Position numbers and translations under genes: made by a program
The notes under the pieces: generated by a model
What the model was told of the DNA's origin: nothing
Seen by the model: the letters and a program-made list of their open reading frames with translations, nothing else
The model's database searches: none
Assembly: GCA_964247055.1 (NCBI GenBank)
Contig: OZ176051.1
Span: 14,446,001-14,510,000 of the forward strand
DNA: 64,000 nt
Direction: 5' to 3'
Source: Paragordius varius
Lineage: Eukaryota; Animalia; Nematomorpha
Shown here: piece by piece, positions 13,000 to 25,709 of the stretch
How positions within the stretch are numbered: position 1 is the first letter of the stretch
Layout of the letters: the number at the start of each line of letters is the position of its first letter

Positions 13000-14975
13000 A
13001 CACCGATGGTGTAAAAACAGGCAAAGTATGTTTTAATTTTGTACGGCGTTAAAGTTTAAAATATCTGGTCACATTACTAAATGCCCTTTTACAATTAGCG
13101 ACTGACTTTAAAATAGTTAAAAGTTGAAGCGCAACCCTTAAATTGGGGAACACATCTTCGCCGTATCAAATTATAAAGGTTAAGAGTTCTAACGGACTAG
13201 GTTCAATATCTTTTCGAAATAGTTTAATTATCCTACAATCACAAATTTCCATAAAAAGATCTGTTCCATTAAAATGTGTGCTGAAAGATTCGCCTTTAGA
13301 TTTAAAATTTTTTTTATTGTTATTGTTAAGCGTCAATTAATTTTCAATATCCATTAAAAAACCAAATTTAGAATTAAAATCTCTCAGTCTAGAAATCGCT
13401 TTTCATTTTATGTTGCTTAACCATTCATACGATAAATTTCATTTCATGCAGAAAGAATCACAACCTCTGATTCTTTTTTTTTGGCTTCCTAGCATAGGTT
13501 GATATAAATATAGAAACATTCCAGTTTGCACATACAATAGCGTTTTTTATGGCTTCCTCGCAAAACTAATTCCGTATACCTGAACAGTAGTTAAGGATTC
13601 CAGGTTCTTAATCGCTATTAAAATTAATTTTAGGATAAATCTAAGTTAAACCCTATCAATTTTTTTAAATATTTCATGCCACAAAAAAATTAGTAGATAA
13701 ATATACATTTTAGAGTCTGATTTTTTCTTTTATATTAAAGGGTAAAGACCCAAATTGTATTTAGACTTCGAAGGTTATAAAACTCACCTGCTCAGGTTTG
13801 ACGGTGATGATGGAAAAATTGCGTGTTTTGGGGAATCTGGCATGTAGTGTAAGAGTCCGGCGCCCTACCCACTATACCATCAAAAAATTAATAAAAAATT
13901 GAATAAGAACGGACGTCTTACTTATTGTTTCACTAGTATGAAGTTATTTAATTAAACCTTTTAATAATTCTTTCAAATCAATTCCCTTAACAATAGCATT
14001 AACATTTCGAATTCTAATGCTTCATCGGAGACTCACACTTGACAGTTTAATAGTTTTTTAATTTAGTCTCATTTAATAGTTCAAGGTGAAAAAAAGGTAA
14101 ATATTATTAATTATTTAAAAACGGGTCACTCTAATAAAATCTTGTTTTGCTATACTAAATTCATTGTTAAAGTTGACAAATATTTTTTGTTTTTTCCATT
14201 CTGCCTGCGATGTGACCCGACATCATAGCTGCATTATCAAAGATTCTTTTTAACAATTTTTTTCTTATAATCAATAAATATTTACTTTACAACTGAATTT
14301 GTTCTCCGTATACTGTATCCAGCGTTGATCAGATATAGGTCCATAATACATATGTTTTATATATCAATCAATTTAGTATTAACTTTCAAAGCCAAAAGAT
14401 ATATAAACGTTTTCCCCTATTTATTGAATCAATAACTAAAGTTTCAGTATTATTATTATTATTAAGGGGTACCGTTTTGTGCTGCCGCACACATTTAATT
14501 TAATTCAATTGTCAGAATTTATTTTCGTTTAATAATATTTCATAGTCATTCTCAATTTAGTTGTTTTAGATTTTTCGTTTCCTATTTCCGTAACCGCTGA
14601 GATGACAATAAAATTAATAATACCTTGTTAAAGATAGAATGTTTTTTAAATAAATTATTTTGAGTTTTAAAATTATATTTAATAAAAATGCAATAAATTT
14701 ATAAATTATAAGAAGAGATAGGGTTACGTTTGGGCAGAAAGTGCATAATGTGTAGTCTTGATCCCATTTACATTTTATATTATTTTAGGGACTATTACAT
14801 GAATTGCCAAATAATTTTTATAAAAAAACATACATAGACGCCCTTATTGCACATGTTTAAAGGATTATTACATGAAAGTTGTTATTATATTTGCATACTT
14901 TATAAAAAATAAAAAATAGCCGCCCCTAAATAACAGCTCCAGGGTCATGTTAAACCCTTCATTGGTACGCTACTG
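13000..14975 (-). mobile_element. Decayed hAT element, ZMYM1/Tip100-type transposase remnants
   Basis: Minus-strand fragments FDNAAMMSG, GRAPDSYT, FSII..EQVS and DVFPNLRVALQLL (hATC-like). Terminus CAGTAGCGTACC at 14975. Left end not resolved. Confidence 0.65.
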
Positions 14976-15832
14976 CCCTAATTTTAAGATTTTTTGATGC
15001 AAGTAACCCAAAAGTGTTATTTTCTTACATGACTCGTAAGGGCTCAAACAAAATATGATAATTTTGATTTATATATCAGAAGAGAATATAAATTTAATCA
15101 ATGACCCTTCTACCAACATTTTAACACTTCGTATATTGATAAGATTTCCAAAAATATCAAAATTGTAAAAGGCAGGACAGAGGTCCGTCCAATATTAACG
15201 CAAAACTTAAGAAAGTCATTAGATGAACAATAGGTAACATAAATATAGGAATTCTCTTATATCCTTAAAATTATAATTAATTGCTTGTTGGCTACAGGCT
15301 TAAACAAACAATCGTTGTTAATAAATTTGTTAATTAAATGACGTGATCATCTCGCCTTTCTCTCATCTGATTCAGACAATCATATCGATTTGTAAAGACA
15401 ATCTTAATCATTTTTTATAAATTATCAGTAAATAAAAAGTAACATTGTTCATATTTCCATTTATTGATCGTTTAGGATCTACTCAAAAAAATGTATTTAA
15501 AAGCGGAATATTTATATAATTTTAAATGGCAGGTAAATATTTTTTGACATATATTGTGTGCGTTTTATAGAAGTAGACAATAAAATTACATTATATATAA
15601 TGCCTTAATACCATATAGTATAGAATCGGAGATTTTTAATTCAATTTTAACATATATTTTATTTTCAATTATTTTAACAGAAAACACTTGAACAAATAGA
15701 ATAATTATAAGTTGTTTAATTGGGATAAATCTTTTATGGTTTTTAACCTTGATGCTAATACATATATTTATTATATCTGGTTTTTCATAATTATATTATA
15801 TGGTTTTACTAAACCAAATGAATATTATGTAG

Positions 15833-15871
<39 letters not shown>

Positions 15872-17539
15872 TCTTTATGACCTTCTAAATAATATTTTTA
15901 TTTCAATGACAATCTCACATAAACTTTTAATATATTTTAATTTTCAGATAAAAATATGTGAAAAACTTTAGGGCAATAGAATTATTTAATCAAATGTTAC
16001 GCGGTATATGTTTTACAAGGCTATCGCTAAAAAAGGAATTTAAAATACATATGAAGGACCCGAAATTGGTTATTCTAAAACATATAAAAAGGCGATATTT
16101 TCATAAAATTATTTTACTTTTTGTTAAACATCTATTATTAATATTCAATATTGGACAAAACTCTGTGGTAAACCCCTAATTTTATTTACTGTGTAATTTT
16201 TGCGTGTCTAAAATGTTGGATGCAACATAGAATTGTTTTATGAAATAAAAAATAAAAATTCATAGATTTGGTAAAATCTAAATCCTGAAATTTCATCAAT
16301 ATGGAAAAATATTATAACTCGAGCAGGAATAAAACCGTTTTTAACCCTCTAAATTGAATGAAAATGCTTACTTTTCCGGAAAAATTCATTTAAATTAATT
16401 TACATAAATTTAATAACAGACTTTTCTTTTAAAATAATTATATATATAATTACAAAGTTTCCATAAAAATGTCCTGATGAAATATTTATATATGTATTAA
16501 TGTAACCGTATTATGAGTAATTTAAGAGAGTTATTTCCGCTATATAGTTGCTACAAATGGCAAATGCAGACATTCGATTTTTGGTGAAATATCACAAAAT
16601 ATAAATCAACTTTATATAAAAAGCAAAACAATATATTCTTAAATATATATAGATTAAGATGTTGTCGCTAAAACCCAATTTTTTCCCTCTTCTCTAATGG
16701 GCTATTCTCTTATAAATGCTGAAAGCCACTTGGCCAAATTTTTTTATATAATGTACGCCAAAAAAGTTTTTTTCCGACAAAATGTGCCCAAAATTTTAAT
16801 TTATAGGAGGTTTTGCTATTTGAGACATATAAACGGTATAAAAACGCTTTAATATGTTATAAAAACACTTTTTCTATCTAATTTGTAGATACACATTTCT
16901 ATTCCCTAAAAATTATAATATAAATGTTTTGTTTTAATTTGGGTGATCTTGCATAAAAAACACAATTTTTATTTAAAAAATTTTAAGGACAAATATTTTA
17001 ATTAAATCTAATTTTTATTATGTATTAAAGTATTTCCTATATCGATCCCACATACCCTAAAATAGATAAACTAGGCTTAAGATTTTGCTATAAAATATAT
17101 TTTTGAGCAAAATACATTTTTTAAAAAAACCTTTAATATCAGAATTCAGAATTTACTATTTAATCAACATCTTTCAGCTGGGTTTATTTAAGAGAACTCT
17201 CTTAAGAGCAAAAATATTTGATTTTAAAAGTCCACATCTAAAATGATGCTTTTTTACAGAGTTTATGACATATCATAATTTAAAATCAGTAAAATTTCAC
17301 CTAAATTATGTGTGAATTATGCCATTTTGTAATACATTAAACAAATGTAAAAACTTTCTTAAATCACTCGTAAGGACCAAAACCAAAATATCCTGATTCA
17401 TTTTACTTTAAAATATATACATTTCATCAGGATATTTATCCCGATACGCAGTTCTATTTATTTGTTATAGTTTATACTAATAAATTTTAATTTATTTTAT
17501 TTCATCCCAACAGAGAATCGATTAATAGTAAAAAACAAA

Positions 17540-17627
17540 ATGGCAACTCAAACATCAATTTTGGTAAAAACTGCACTATTGGTTTTGGCCCTGGTTGGAA
17601 CCTTAAGTTTTTTGCCTACAATAAAAG
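17540..17627 (+). CDS. Candidate gene C exon 1: signal peptide MATQTSILVKTALLVLALVGTLSFLPTIK(G)
   Basis: AAAATGG start, strongly hydrophobic 29-aa peptide, phase-1 donor AAAG|GTTTAG. Preceded by a strong acceptor (TACTAAT branch-like site, U-rich tract, CAACAG at 17513). Confidence 0.6.
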
Positions 17628-17745
17628 GTTTAGTTTTTATATAGTTTTGCAATGTAATGTGGTATAAAATAAATAATTTACCACTTATATTACCTTGAAT
17701 TTTATAGTGATCTCCGTTATATATTTAAAAATAAATGAATGGGTT

Positions 17746-19185
17746 TTCATTTGCCGAATAAAATCGGGACTAAACGCCATAATACAAGTATTCGCAACTG
17801 ATTATTTTTAGGCTATATATACGCAAAAAACGCAAAATTTTTAAATAAATAGAATATTAGTAAAAAGGTTTCATGCAAAAATTCATAATATTGGAATTAC
17901 CAGATTATGAAATGGTTAAATATTACTTTATAAATTAATTAATGAATTAAGCTTAACCTTTTTATATAAACTACAGAGGATATTATTTTGGTATTCCCAT
18001 ATTTAGTGTGAAAGCAAGGCGTGCCATAAATTTGGTGAACTTTCAATAAAATTTTGAATTGATATTACATAATTTTATTAACGCTAAATATAAATCACGA
18101 TGAATATATTGGTTTGATATATGAAAATAAATATTGATAGATGTATTGGTTATGTTGCTCTTAGTTTTGGGATTCAAAATTCATAAGAATTATTTTTCTC
18201 TTTTTAATTGTTCCTATCGAAGTAGCAATAAAATTATGGATAATAATAATAATGATAAAATTTGTCATATTATGGTTTATTATCATTTTAGATAAATAGC
18301 CTAAAATCATATAGTTAGGGTTCTATAAAATTTCAGCTCAGAAGATGGCTTTTTCTTTTAACACATTTAAAAGACAAATTTTTTTTATAAAATATATTAA
18401 AAAATTAATTATTAAATAGCTAAACTCACTATTAAATTCTTAACATCCATATTTTATCCAATAAAAAAAAACTTATATATATAAAAAACCAATATTGATT
18501 TCAATTTTTGCATTTTATTGTCATCTGGTTCATGAGTGTATAAAAATATATACTGTATTTTGAATACCAACATCAATGGAATCTTAAGTATATTATTTAT
18601 GCAAAAAAAATTCGTACAAATCCCAATAAAAATATTGATTTGTCATAAAACGGACTTGTTAGAGGGATTTGTGGGTTTGTTGGTTGATGTTCCACTTCTT
18701 TTAAATTCTATTGTACAAATTATATATAAAATAATTCCCACACATGTAAGAACCTAAAATAAAAGAGTATAAATTTTATAAACACTCATGAACCATATGA
18801 CAAAAAAATGCAAAAATAAAAATCACTATTTTGGTTTTATTTTTATAGATAAGTTTTTTTCGAATAAAATATGTATGTTAAGATTTTAATAGTGAGTTTA
18901 GCTAGTAGAAAAGCAAAAAAATTATTTTAATATAGTTTCATTTTTATCTTTTAATTGTAAAAGAAAAACGCAATCCTTTGAGCTTAAATTTTATACCCTA
19001 ATTATATGATTTTAAGCTAATTATATATTGAAAATATATCATAAAATGATAATAAACCATAATATCTCAAATTTTTTCATTATTTTTTGAATTGAATTAT
19101 CCTTAATTTATTTTGTTCGAATTCGATTTTCTCTCAATATTTTAAAAATTAGTTGTCAACAAATAAAATTTTTTCGGCAAATGAA
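17746..19185. repeat. Large imperfect foldback (inverted repeat) centred near 18660
   Basis: Perfect inverted anchors 18267-18290/19042-19065 (24 nt), 18417-18436/18885-18904 (20 nt) and 18527-18539/18782-18794. Weaker outer anchor 17746-17758/19173-19185. Confidence 0.75.
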
Positions 19186-21069
19186 TCTTGTCATGAACAA
19201 GCTTGTGCCAAATTTTTTTGTTAAAAATTTTTGGCCCACAGTTATATTTTTGTTAATGGTCAGACTTAAACCAAAATATTTGATAATATATAATTTGATG
19301 AACGCAAAAATCTATAACTTTTTTAGAGGTCTTCAATCAAAATTTTTTAACAGTACTAAAATAGATTTTGGTATAATAAACGTAAAAAGGCTGAGATCGT
19401 GCCATAACAATTTTATATATATGCTACATAACATCAAAATATATTTTTAAAAGGTATAAAATTTATTTTTAAACAAAATTTGAACGAAGCATGGTGGCGA
19501 AACCCATTTAGATTTAGCTAAACTTTGGGGTCAAAAGATATTTTTATATTGTTTACCTTTAAATTAAAAAAGATTTTATCTAAAAAACACAATGTATGTT
19601 CTTGTTGGCGCACGAATTTTTGCCTAAAATTATTAGGTTATAAAAGTTAGCAGCATTTTAAAACTTAATGTTTAATAATGTTTCTAAGGAGTTTCAAAAT
19701 ACCCCAAAAATAACGTAAACAAAATTAACTTTGATATTTAAGCAAGTAAATATTTTAATGATAACTTCTTTTATGTCATCTGACATTTATAAAATTTCAG
19801 CGCCCATTCGGCTTTATACGTTTTTAAATTAAAATTTTCTACTAAATATAATGTAACATATTATTAAATTATTTTTTGGATTGTCGGGTTTCAAACATTT
19901 TTGGTATAATGCGCTAAAAAGTACCACAGAATACATATTCTCTGATAAATAAATTTTGTTGTTATCTTTTGGTTTCGATTCTTACGAGTCACTAAAAAAC
20001 ATATATTCACAATTTTTTTATACATCCAAATTTCGTATATGCATCATTTTTTTGTGTTGCAAAGCGCAAGTGTTATATTTCGAAACGTCCAATATATAAA
20101 TATTTTTACAATATGAATACAAACTTCATCAACATCTTTTGATTTAGGAAGGTATTTGGATATAGGGCTACGGTTTCATTCCAATTTTGTACTTAAACCC
20201 ATAAAAGATTAGTCGATAAAATATTTTCCAAATATTGTATAAAAAGTATTTATACTATGAATGTTGCAGAAGTAAAAATTATACGGTATTTCAACTCTAG
20301 GCCGTGAAAATAAGCAAGTTTTTATAAAATAAAAGCCAAAGATCCGATTTGGGCTATAAAAATTTATGACTGTTAAATTTTGTTAGAAAAGTTTTTCCGA
20401 AAAAATGGATATTATGTTTAAAAATTTTATTAGCAATGGTGAAGCGAGTTTTATGATATTTTGAACAATGCGAACGGTGTAAAAACACTTTATATTATAA
20501 CACTTTTTATACATTTCGATGAACGTTTCATTTACCTCACACTTAAACGTTAGTTTGCTATTAAATTTGTATGAATATATGAAACAATTCACATAAAACA
20601 AAGTTTTTAGGAATGTTTTCATTGATATGGCTAATGTTCAGAACTATTATACAATAAGTGTTTTTATAATATGCAGTTCTCCTATAATTCCATCATGCCT
20701 CAAAATCGTAAATAGTAAATTTCAATATAGAGCAAATGAATTTTTCAAAGAAATATTTGATGCCATAATCTAGCATATATTAAAATTATAAGACAAACAC
20801 ATTTAAAGGGACTTTCGGAGTTCACATCTAAATATTAAATTTTATTAAAGTATTGTTTAGCTTTTTAAAATTTATTATATCATATGTTTTAATATAATTT
20901 TTTGGAGCAACGAATTTATTACCAAAAAAATTTTATTAAAAATGTGCACTGAAAGCATCAGAATCCTGATACATTATCAAAATAAGTAAGTTCCTAGGCT
21001 ACTTTTTGTGCTTGGCGATTTGGGATGCAGTGTATTATATTTAATGTTTAACAACCCATGAAAAATATT

Positions 21070-21530
21070 TGATTTTGATCCCACCACAACCAGATAACGG
21101 CAGGCGCTTCTGCCATAACCTAACCTTCCAACTCCTTTGTCACATTATCTATCGATACCTTGATAGGGCTCTCTCTAAAGAAAATTGGGTTGTTTTCATA
21201 GACTTGAGCCTACATTCTAGTAATGGATCTCTCCCCGTTTCCCCTATTTTTATTGATCAAAAAAGTAGCAGCTTCAATATCTAAAACCATACACTCGGCT
21301 ATTTCTCATTATGTTAATATTAGTTTGTCTGCCTCACTTACTGTTAGCGTTATATTATCTTTATAATGAGTTTTATGGGCCATGGCTTGGAAAGGATTTT
21401 GAACAAATGTGACTAAGTTACCGAATGCGGGACATTATTCACACCAAATTAACACATTTGCCATGCCGCCATTATTCGTATTTGCATTCATTATTATTGT
21501 CGCTCTTCTGATACCGATTCTTTTTGATTT
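21070..21530 (-). mobile_element. Probable hAT transposase remnant
   Basis: GC-richer decayed segment with CPAFGNLV (resembling hAT C.AH.LNL) and an NNGG motif. No intact ORF. Confidence 0.35.
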
Positions 21531-21831
21531 AAGGAAATTAATTGACGAAACATAAAAAGCAATTGTGTGGTGCTTTTCCACAAATTTTGAACCCTTGAAA
21601 AAAGTTCTATGATTTATAATCAAACGAGCGAACTGAAATCTTGCGGTGAACACAGAATTTTGGTTTGGAAAAAAAACTTGACGATAAAAATCGGAAAAAA
21701 GCATCATATATTGGATATATTATTATTGTTATATTTTAATAATTATTCGAAATTCCGCTCCAATCAAAAATATCTTTTAAATATCAACATTAATGGAAAT
21801 CTCAAGTCTTTTGTCATATATTTAACCTGTC

Positions 21832-23457
21832 CAGGGCTTCTTAAACTATGGGTCATAAGTCCATTTGGGGTCGCGATACAATTTAACAAAAAATGTTTTT
21901 TAACTTGTAAAATTATTGTTATAAAGAAAAATAACAATCATCGTAGATAAATATATCATAAAATCTTTTGGTTCGGAAAGACTGTTTATACCAGCATTTC
22001 TATTCCGATCATTATCTATATATTTGTAAAAATAAAAAATGGTGGCTTTGTGATCTGTTTCCGGAAAACCGGTCCCATTCAAATCCAAATGTCAAAAAAA
22101 TATAATCATTTATGAATGCCCGACAAGGGCTTCGCCCTTTTTTTGAATTAGGCCCCCAGTTCGGGCCCACCCCGTGTGAAAAACGGGTTTTTTTGAAAAC
22201 AGAAGTTTAGAAAAATCTTGTCTTTGAGACAATTTTCCGGTTGGATCATTCGATTTCTAATATGATTTTGCTTTAATTATGATTGATGCGCGATCCTAGT
22301 CGGCTTACTTTTTTAATTTAGGCTTTCTTTTTACCCGTTCCCCCCGTAAAATGCCATTTTTTCAAAAAAACTAAATATTTTTTAGGGTATGACGTTAAAA
22401 TTCACTGAGGATTCGAGTTACTTTGGTGTTAAAAGTAAACTTTCTCTCGTATTTTTAAAATGTCTGCTGGTTAAACAGATAGCCGCTAAACCTGCGCCAC
22501 TATATAGAAATTGCGTTGTTTTGGAGCTAATTTACAGAAAATTTATGAAACCATATGTGCTCATTAAAAGCTTAATATTTCCCGTAACTAGGTAAAAATT
22601 AAGGTCGGGTTCTTTTATTAGCCGTTAATTTGGGGCTTTTAAGCCCTAAAACGCCATTATATAACGATTATTTTGTGGGTATTTTTTCGAATAACCCAAG
22701 ACGATGGTATCAAAGATGATTCCGAATATTTGTCCTATGAAGGCAAAGAATTTAACTCAGCGCCTTTTCCATATAAGTCGGGTAGTGGTCTATTGGTTTA
22801 AAACCGAGGCGCCAAACAAAATAAGCGTGGTTTTGGAGCTAATTTTGAAAAAACTAAAGAAGACATACGAGTTCAGTTCACATTTAATCTTTCCTTAAAA
22901 AAAGACCACAATTTTATATCCCTTGATCCCAGATGTATGAACACAATTACAAAATAGAACTTTTAACCATGAATTCGTAAAACGAAAATTTTAAAATAAA
23001 TCCAATGATAGTTGAATATTAACTTTAAGAAGAGACAGATTAAATATGGTCAATTTCGAGTTAACAATATGTCGGCCTATGCAAAAACCCGTAAAAGAAT
23101 AATTAAGACATTCTTTTTATTAAATGTGTTTATTATTATTTTTTTATGTCCATTAACTCTATTTATTGCAAATTATTAAGAATAATGATCACAGAGACCA
23201 CGCCACACCGAAGCGTGAAAGGGCCTGCTAGTATATTGTATAAATTTACTATAAATTGAAAATGTTATAAAAATTCATAAAAAATGTATATTTATTTTTG
23301 TCAATCTCTCAAAACCGAAATAATCCTGATAAATATTATCAACAAAATTTTTAAGTGTTATTTCGACGAAACTATTATTTTTTTATATTTGTTGGGGTCG
23401 TTAAGAAACTCGGAATCATAAATGGGGTCGGGAAATACAAAAGTTTAAGAAGCCCTG
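21832..23457. mobile_element. hAT Charlie-type MITE (~410 bp) split by a nested Helitron
   Basis: Perfect 16-bp TIR CAGGGCTTCTTAAACT / AGTTTAAGAAGCCCTG with GGGGTCG subterminal motifs at both ends. The 8-bp target duplication is only partly matched (AACCTGTC vs GTATAGTC). Confidence 0.75.
22015..23231 (+). mobile_element. Non-autonomous Helitron
   Basis: A|TCTATATATT 5' end, CACGC-N9-GCGTG hairpin about 10 nt before CTAG|T, inserted between A and T without a TSD. Internal duplication (about 22390-22620 vs 22700-22900). 5' part homologous to 38508-38200. Confidence 0.8.
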
Positions 23458-23569
23458 GTATAGTCGTATCATTCAGTAAAATTTTCTCAATCATTTTGTT
23501 CGTCGTCAAATCAGCGATGGGGAATTTATTTAAATAAATCCTATATATAATATAGGCGTGATTGTATAG

Positions 23570-23665
23570 TAAGTAGGGCGCCGGACTCTTACACTGCATG
23601 CCATAATTCGAACCCCAAAACTACGCAATTTTTCTATCATCACTGGCAGCCATGGGCAGGTAAGT
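23570..23665 (+). mobile_element. Fragment of the same hAT family as 13785-13875 (opposite orientation)
   Basis: High nucleotide similarity to the reverse complement of 13785-13875; encodes GRAPDSYT and FSII...QVS transposase pieces. Confidence 0.7.
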
Positions 23666-24616
23666 GTTAAAGTCACAAGTACTGATACAATATGAGTCCT
23701 TACCCTTTTTGAGAAAAAAATTTCACAATATATGCATTTTGGGGTTTCTAGCCAATTTTAGAAAAACATAATGGGACTTACCACAACATCTAATAATTTT
23801 TTTTAAAAATATGTTTTGCTTTTTATATATAGTTTATGGTATTTATATTTTGGAAAGCATTTAGCGTTCACGAAATGTTTCCCAAATTAATCCATTTTAT
23901 GAGATGGTTACCACAAAAGTTTAAACTTTCTTAAATCACTCGTAGGGCCAAAAAAATGATTATCTAATACTTTTTCTTATAGGGATCTATATTTAATCAG
24001 GAGGTAGTCTTATATGAATTGAATATTAAATAACACTGAACGATAGTATATCATTGTTGTTAGGGGGTTATTTTAAATATATGTTAATTTATAAATATCC
24101 CACAAGATACATTTTAGGTGCGATTAATATGAGCGCAAAAATTTCGGGGTTATTTTGTGCCCTTGGAACCAAAATAATATTTTATTTGGCCATGCGAATT
24201 TTTTTGGTGAGTTCCACCGCTTAAGTCTTATTACTTATAATACCTTAAACGGTTCACCAACATTTTATATAAAACTAAAGCTTTTTTACAAAATCTTTTA
24301 TTATGTCAGCATTAATTAATATTTTCCAATCCAAATTCTTAGTTGAAAGTCTTTACATTTTACCATAAATTAAAATAATGAGTGATAATTTTGCGATTTT
24401 ACTATATCGAGCATTTACCATAAAAATTAATTATTTACCAACTTATTGTCCCTAAAACCAAAGCATCAAGATATTATTATTAGAATCAAAATATAATTTA
24501 TCGGGACCGATTTGGTGGGCGTATTCATTTTATCCAAAAAAATAAGGTCTTTCGAAACGTGCAAACCGATCCAAAACTTGATTTATTAATATTTTCAATT
24601 TTATAATTTTTTTAAG

Positions 24617-25709
24617 GCACCTGTGTAAAAGATAGCAGTCGATTAACAAAAGCAGCAAGCTTTTTGTATAAAAATGGCAGCACCACCATTTCGGCTGTAG
24701 ACGGTAGGTGTGTATTAACGATTTCGCTAACCTTACCTGCTGGCACAGCAAGTTTATCTTTCAAATTTATTAAGATTTCATAAAATTTTTAACAGCTATA
24801 TTTTTACATAATAAAATATTTTTTCTACTACTCATATCACATATTTTATACTTAATTGTTTTTTTCTTAAAAAATAGCTTTTACCAGAGATAAATATACT
24901 TATATTCTGAAAGCTGGAGAAACACCCCCACCAGCGGCAAAACCTATCAGAAAGTTAAGTAAGTTAAATTAAAATCAATTGAACAATAATCATTTTTGAT
25001 CTGTAAATTAAAAAACAGCCATAGTTGGGCCCTTTGACACAAAATTTTTTATACATAGAAAATGTTGAGAATAAGTAATAAGTTATTTATTAACATATAG
25101 AGTTTACACATAATCACGTGCAGTATAATTTAAAATTTAATAAAGGTTATATAAAACTTGCTAAGAATTCTGTAAATTTATGTATATTAACGTTTAACAT
25201 ATTGTTTAAATAAATATTTGATTTGTGTGTTGAGGCACAGAAAACTATTTGGACTTATATATTGCTTTAGCGCCAGATTTTGAAAGTACAAAAATTGAAT
25301 ATATGTCGTTTTATGAAAGATTGTTTCGTAGAAAAAATAACATTAATTTAACGCGTTTAGGGACTCGATCCACTAATTCATATACGATGGAGTCAACTAT
25401 AGGACCTTACCCGTTAACCATTGCAGTAATTTTATTTTATTATGATTTCTCAAACAATTCTTATAAAAAAATGTAAGTGTGGAGTTTTGTAATCCTATCA
25501 AATTATATAGGTAGTCATTTAAATTAGGTATTTTACTAACGATAATTTAGAGATAATTTTTATTTGGTCGAGTGTTTCAATAGCACACATTTAATAATAA
25601 CCGTTTAATATTATGCTTATATTTTTTATATTCAGTTTACAGATACGGAAAACAAATTGGTGACTTTGTCGCTCACTCCCAAATAACTTTGCATATCACC
25701 AAAAAATAA
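24617..25709 (+). CDS. Candidate gene C exons 2-5 (24617-24703/24707/24751, 24888-24958, 25241-25472, 25643-25709), small secreted protein of unknown family
   Basis: Four GC-richer open segments with AG acceptors and GTAAGT donors at 24959 and 25473 that chain in frame: GTCVKDSSRLTKAASFLYKNGS..., DKYTYILKAGETPPPAAKPIRKL, NYLDLYIALAPDF...SYKK, IYGKQIGDFVAHSQITLHITKK*. The exon 2 donor and the link to 17540-17627 are uncertain. Confidence 0.55.

Noticed and set aside
13790-13866. Conserved host exon pair (13790-13866 minus and 23577-23659 plus) with strong donors and an in-frame 6-nt indel
   Set aside because: The peptide pieces (GRAPDSYT, FSII..EQVS) are hAT transposase motifs and the 13.8-kb copy lies inside a hAT remnant. 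The donor is a by-product of the QVS codons.
24118-24206. Alternative signal-like exon (MSAKISGLFCALG...) with a GTGAGT donor
   Set aside because: The ATG frame ends in phase 0, which is incompatible with the phase-1 acceptor at 24616.
24620-24760. Minus-strand exons using CAG|GTAAGG at ~24737
   Set aside because: No supporting upstream or downstream minus-strand exons, whereas the plus strand chains through four exons. Not fully excluded without RNA data.
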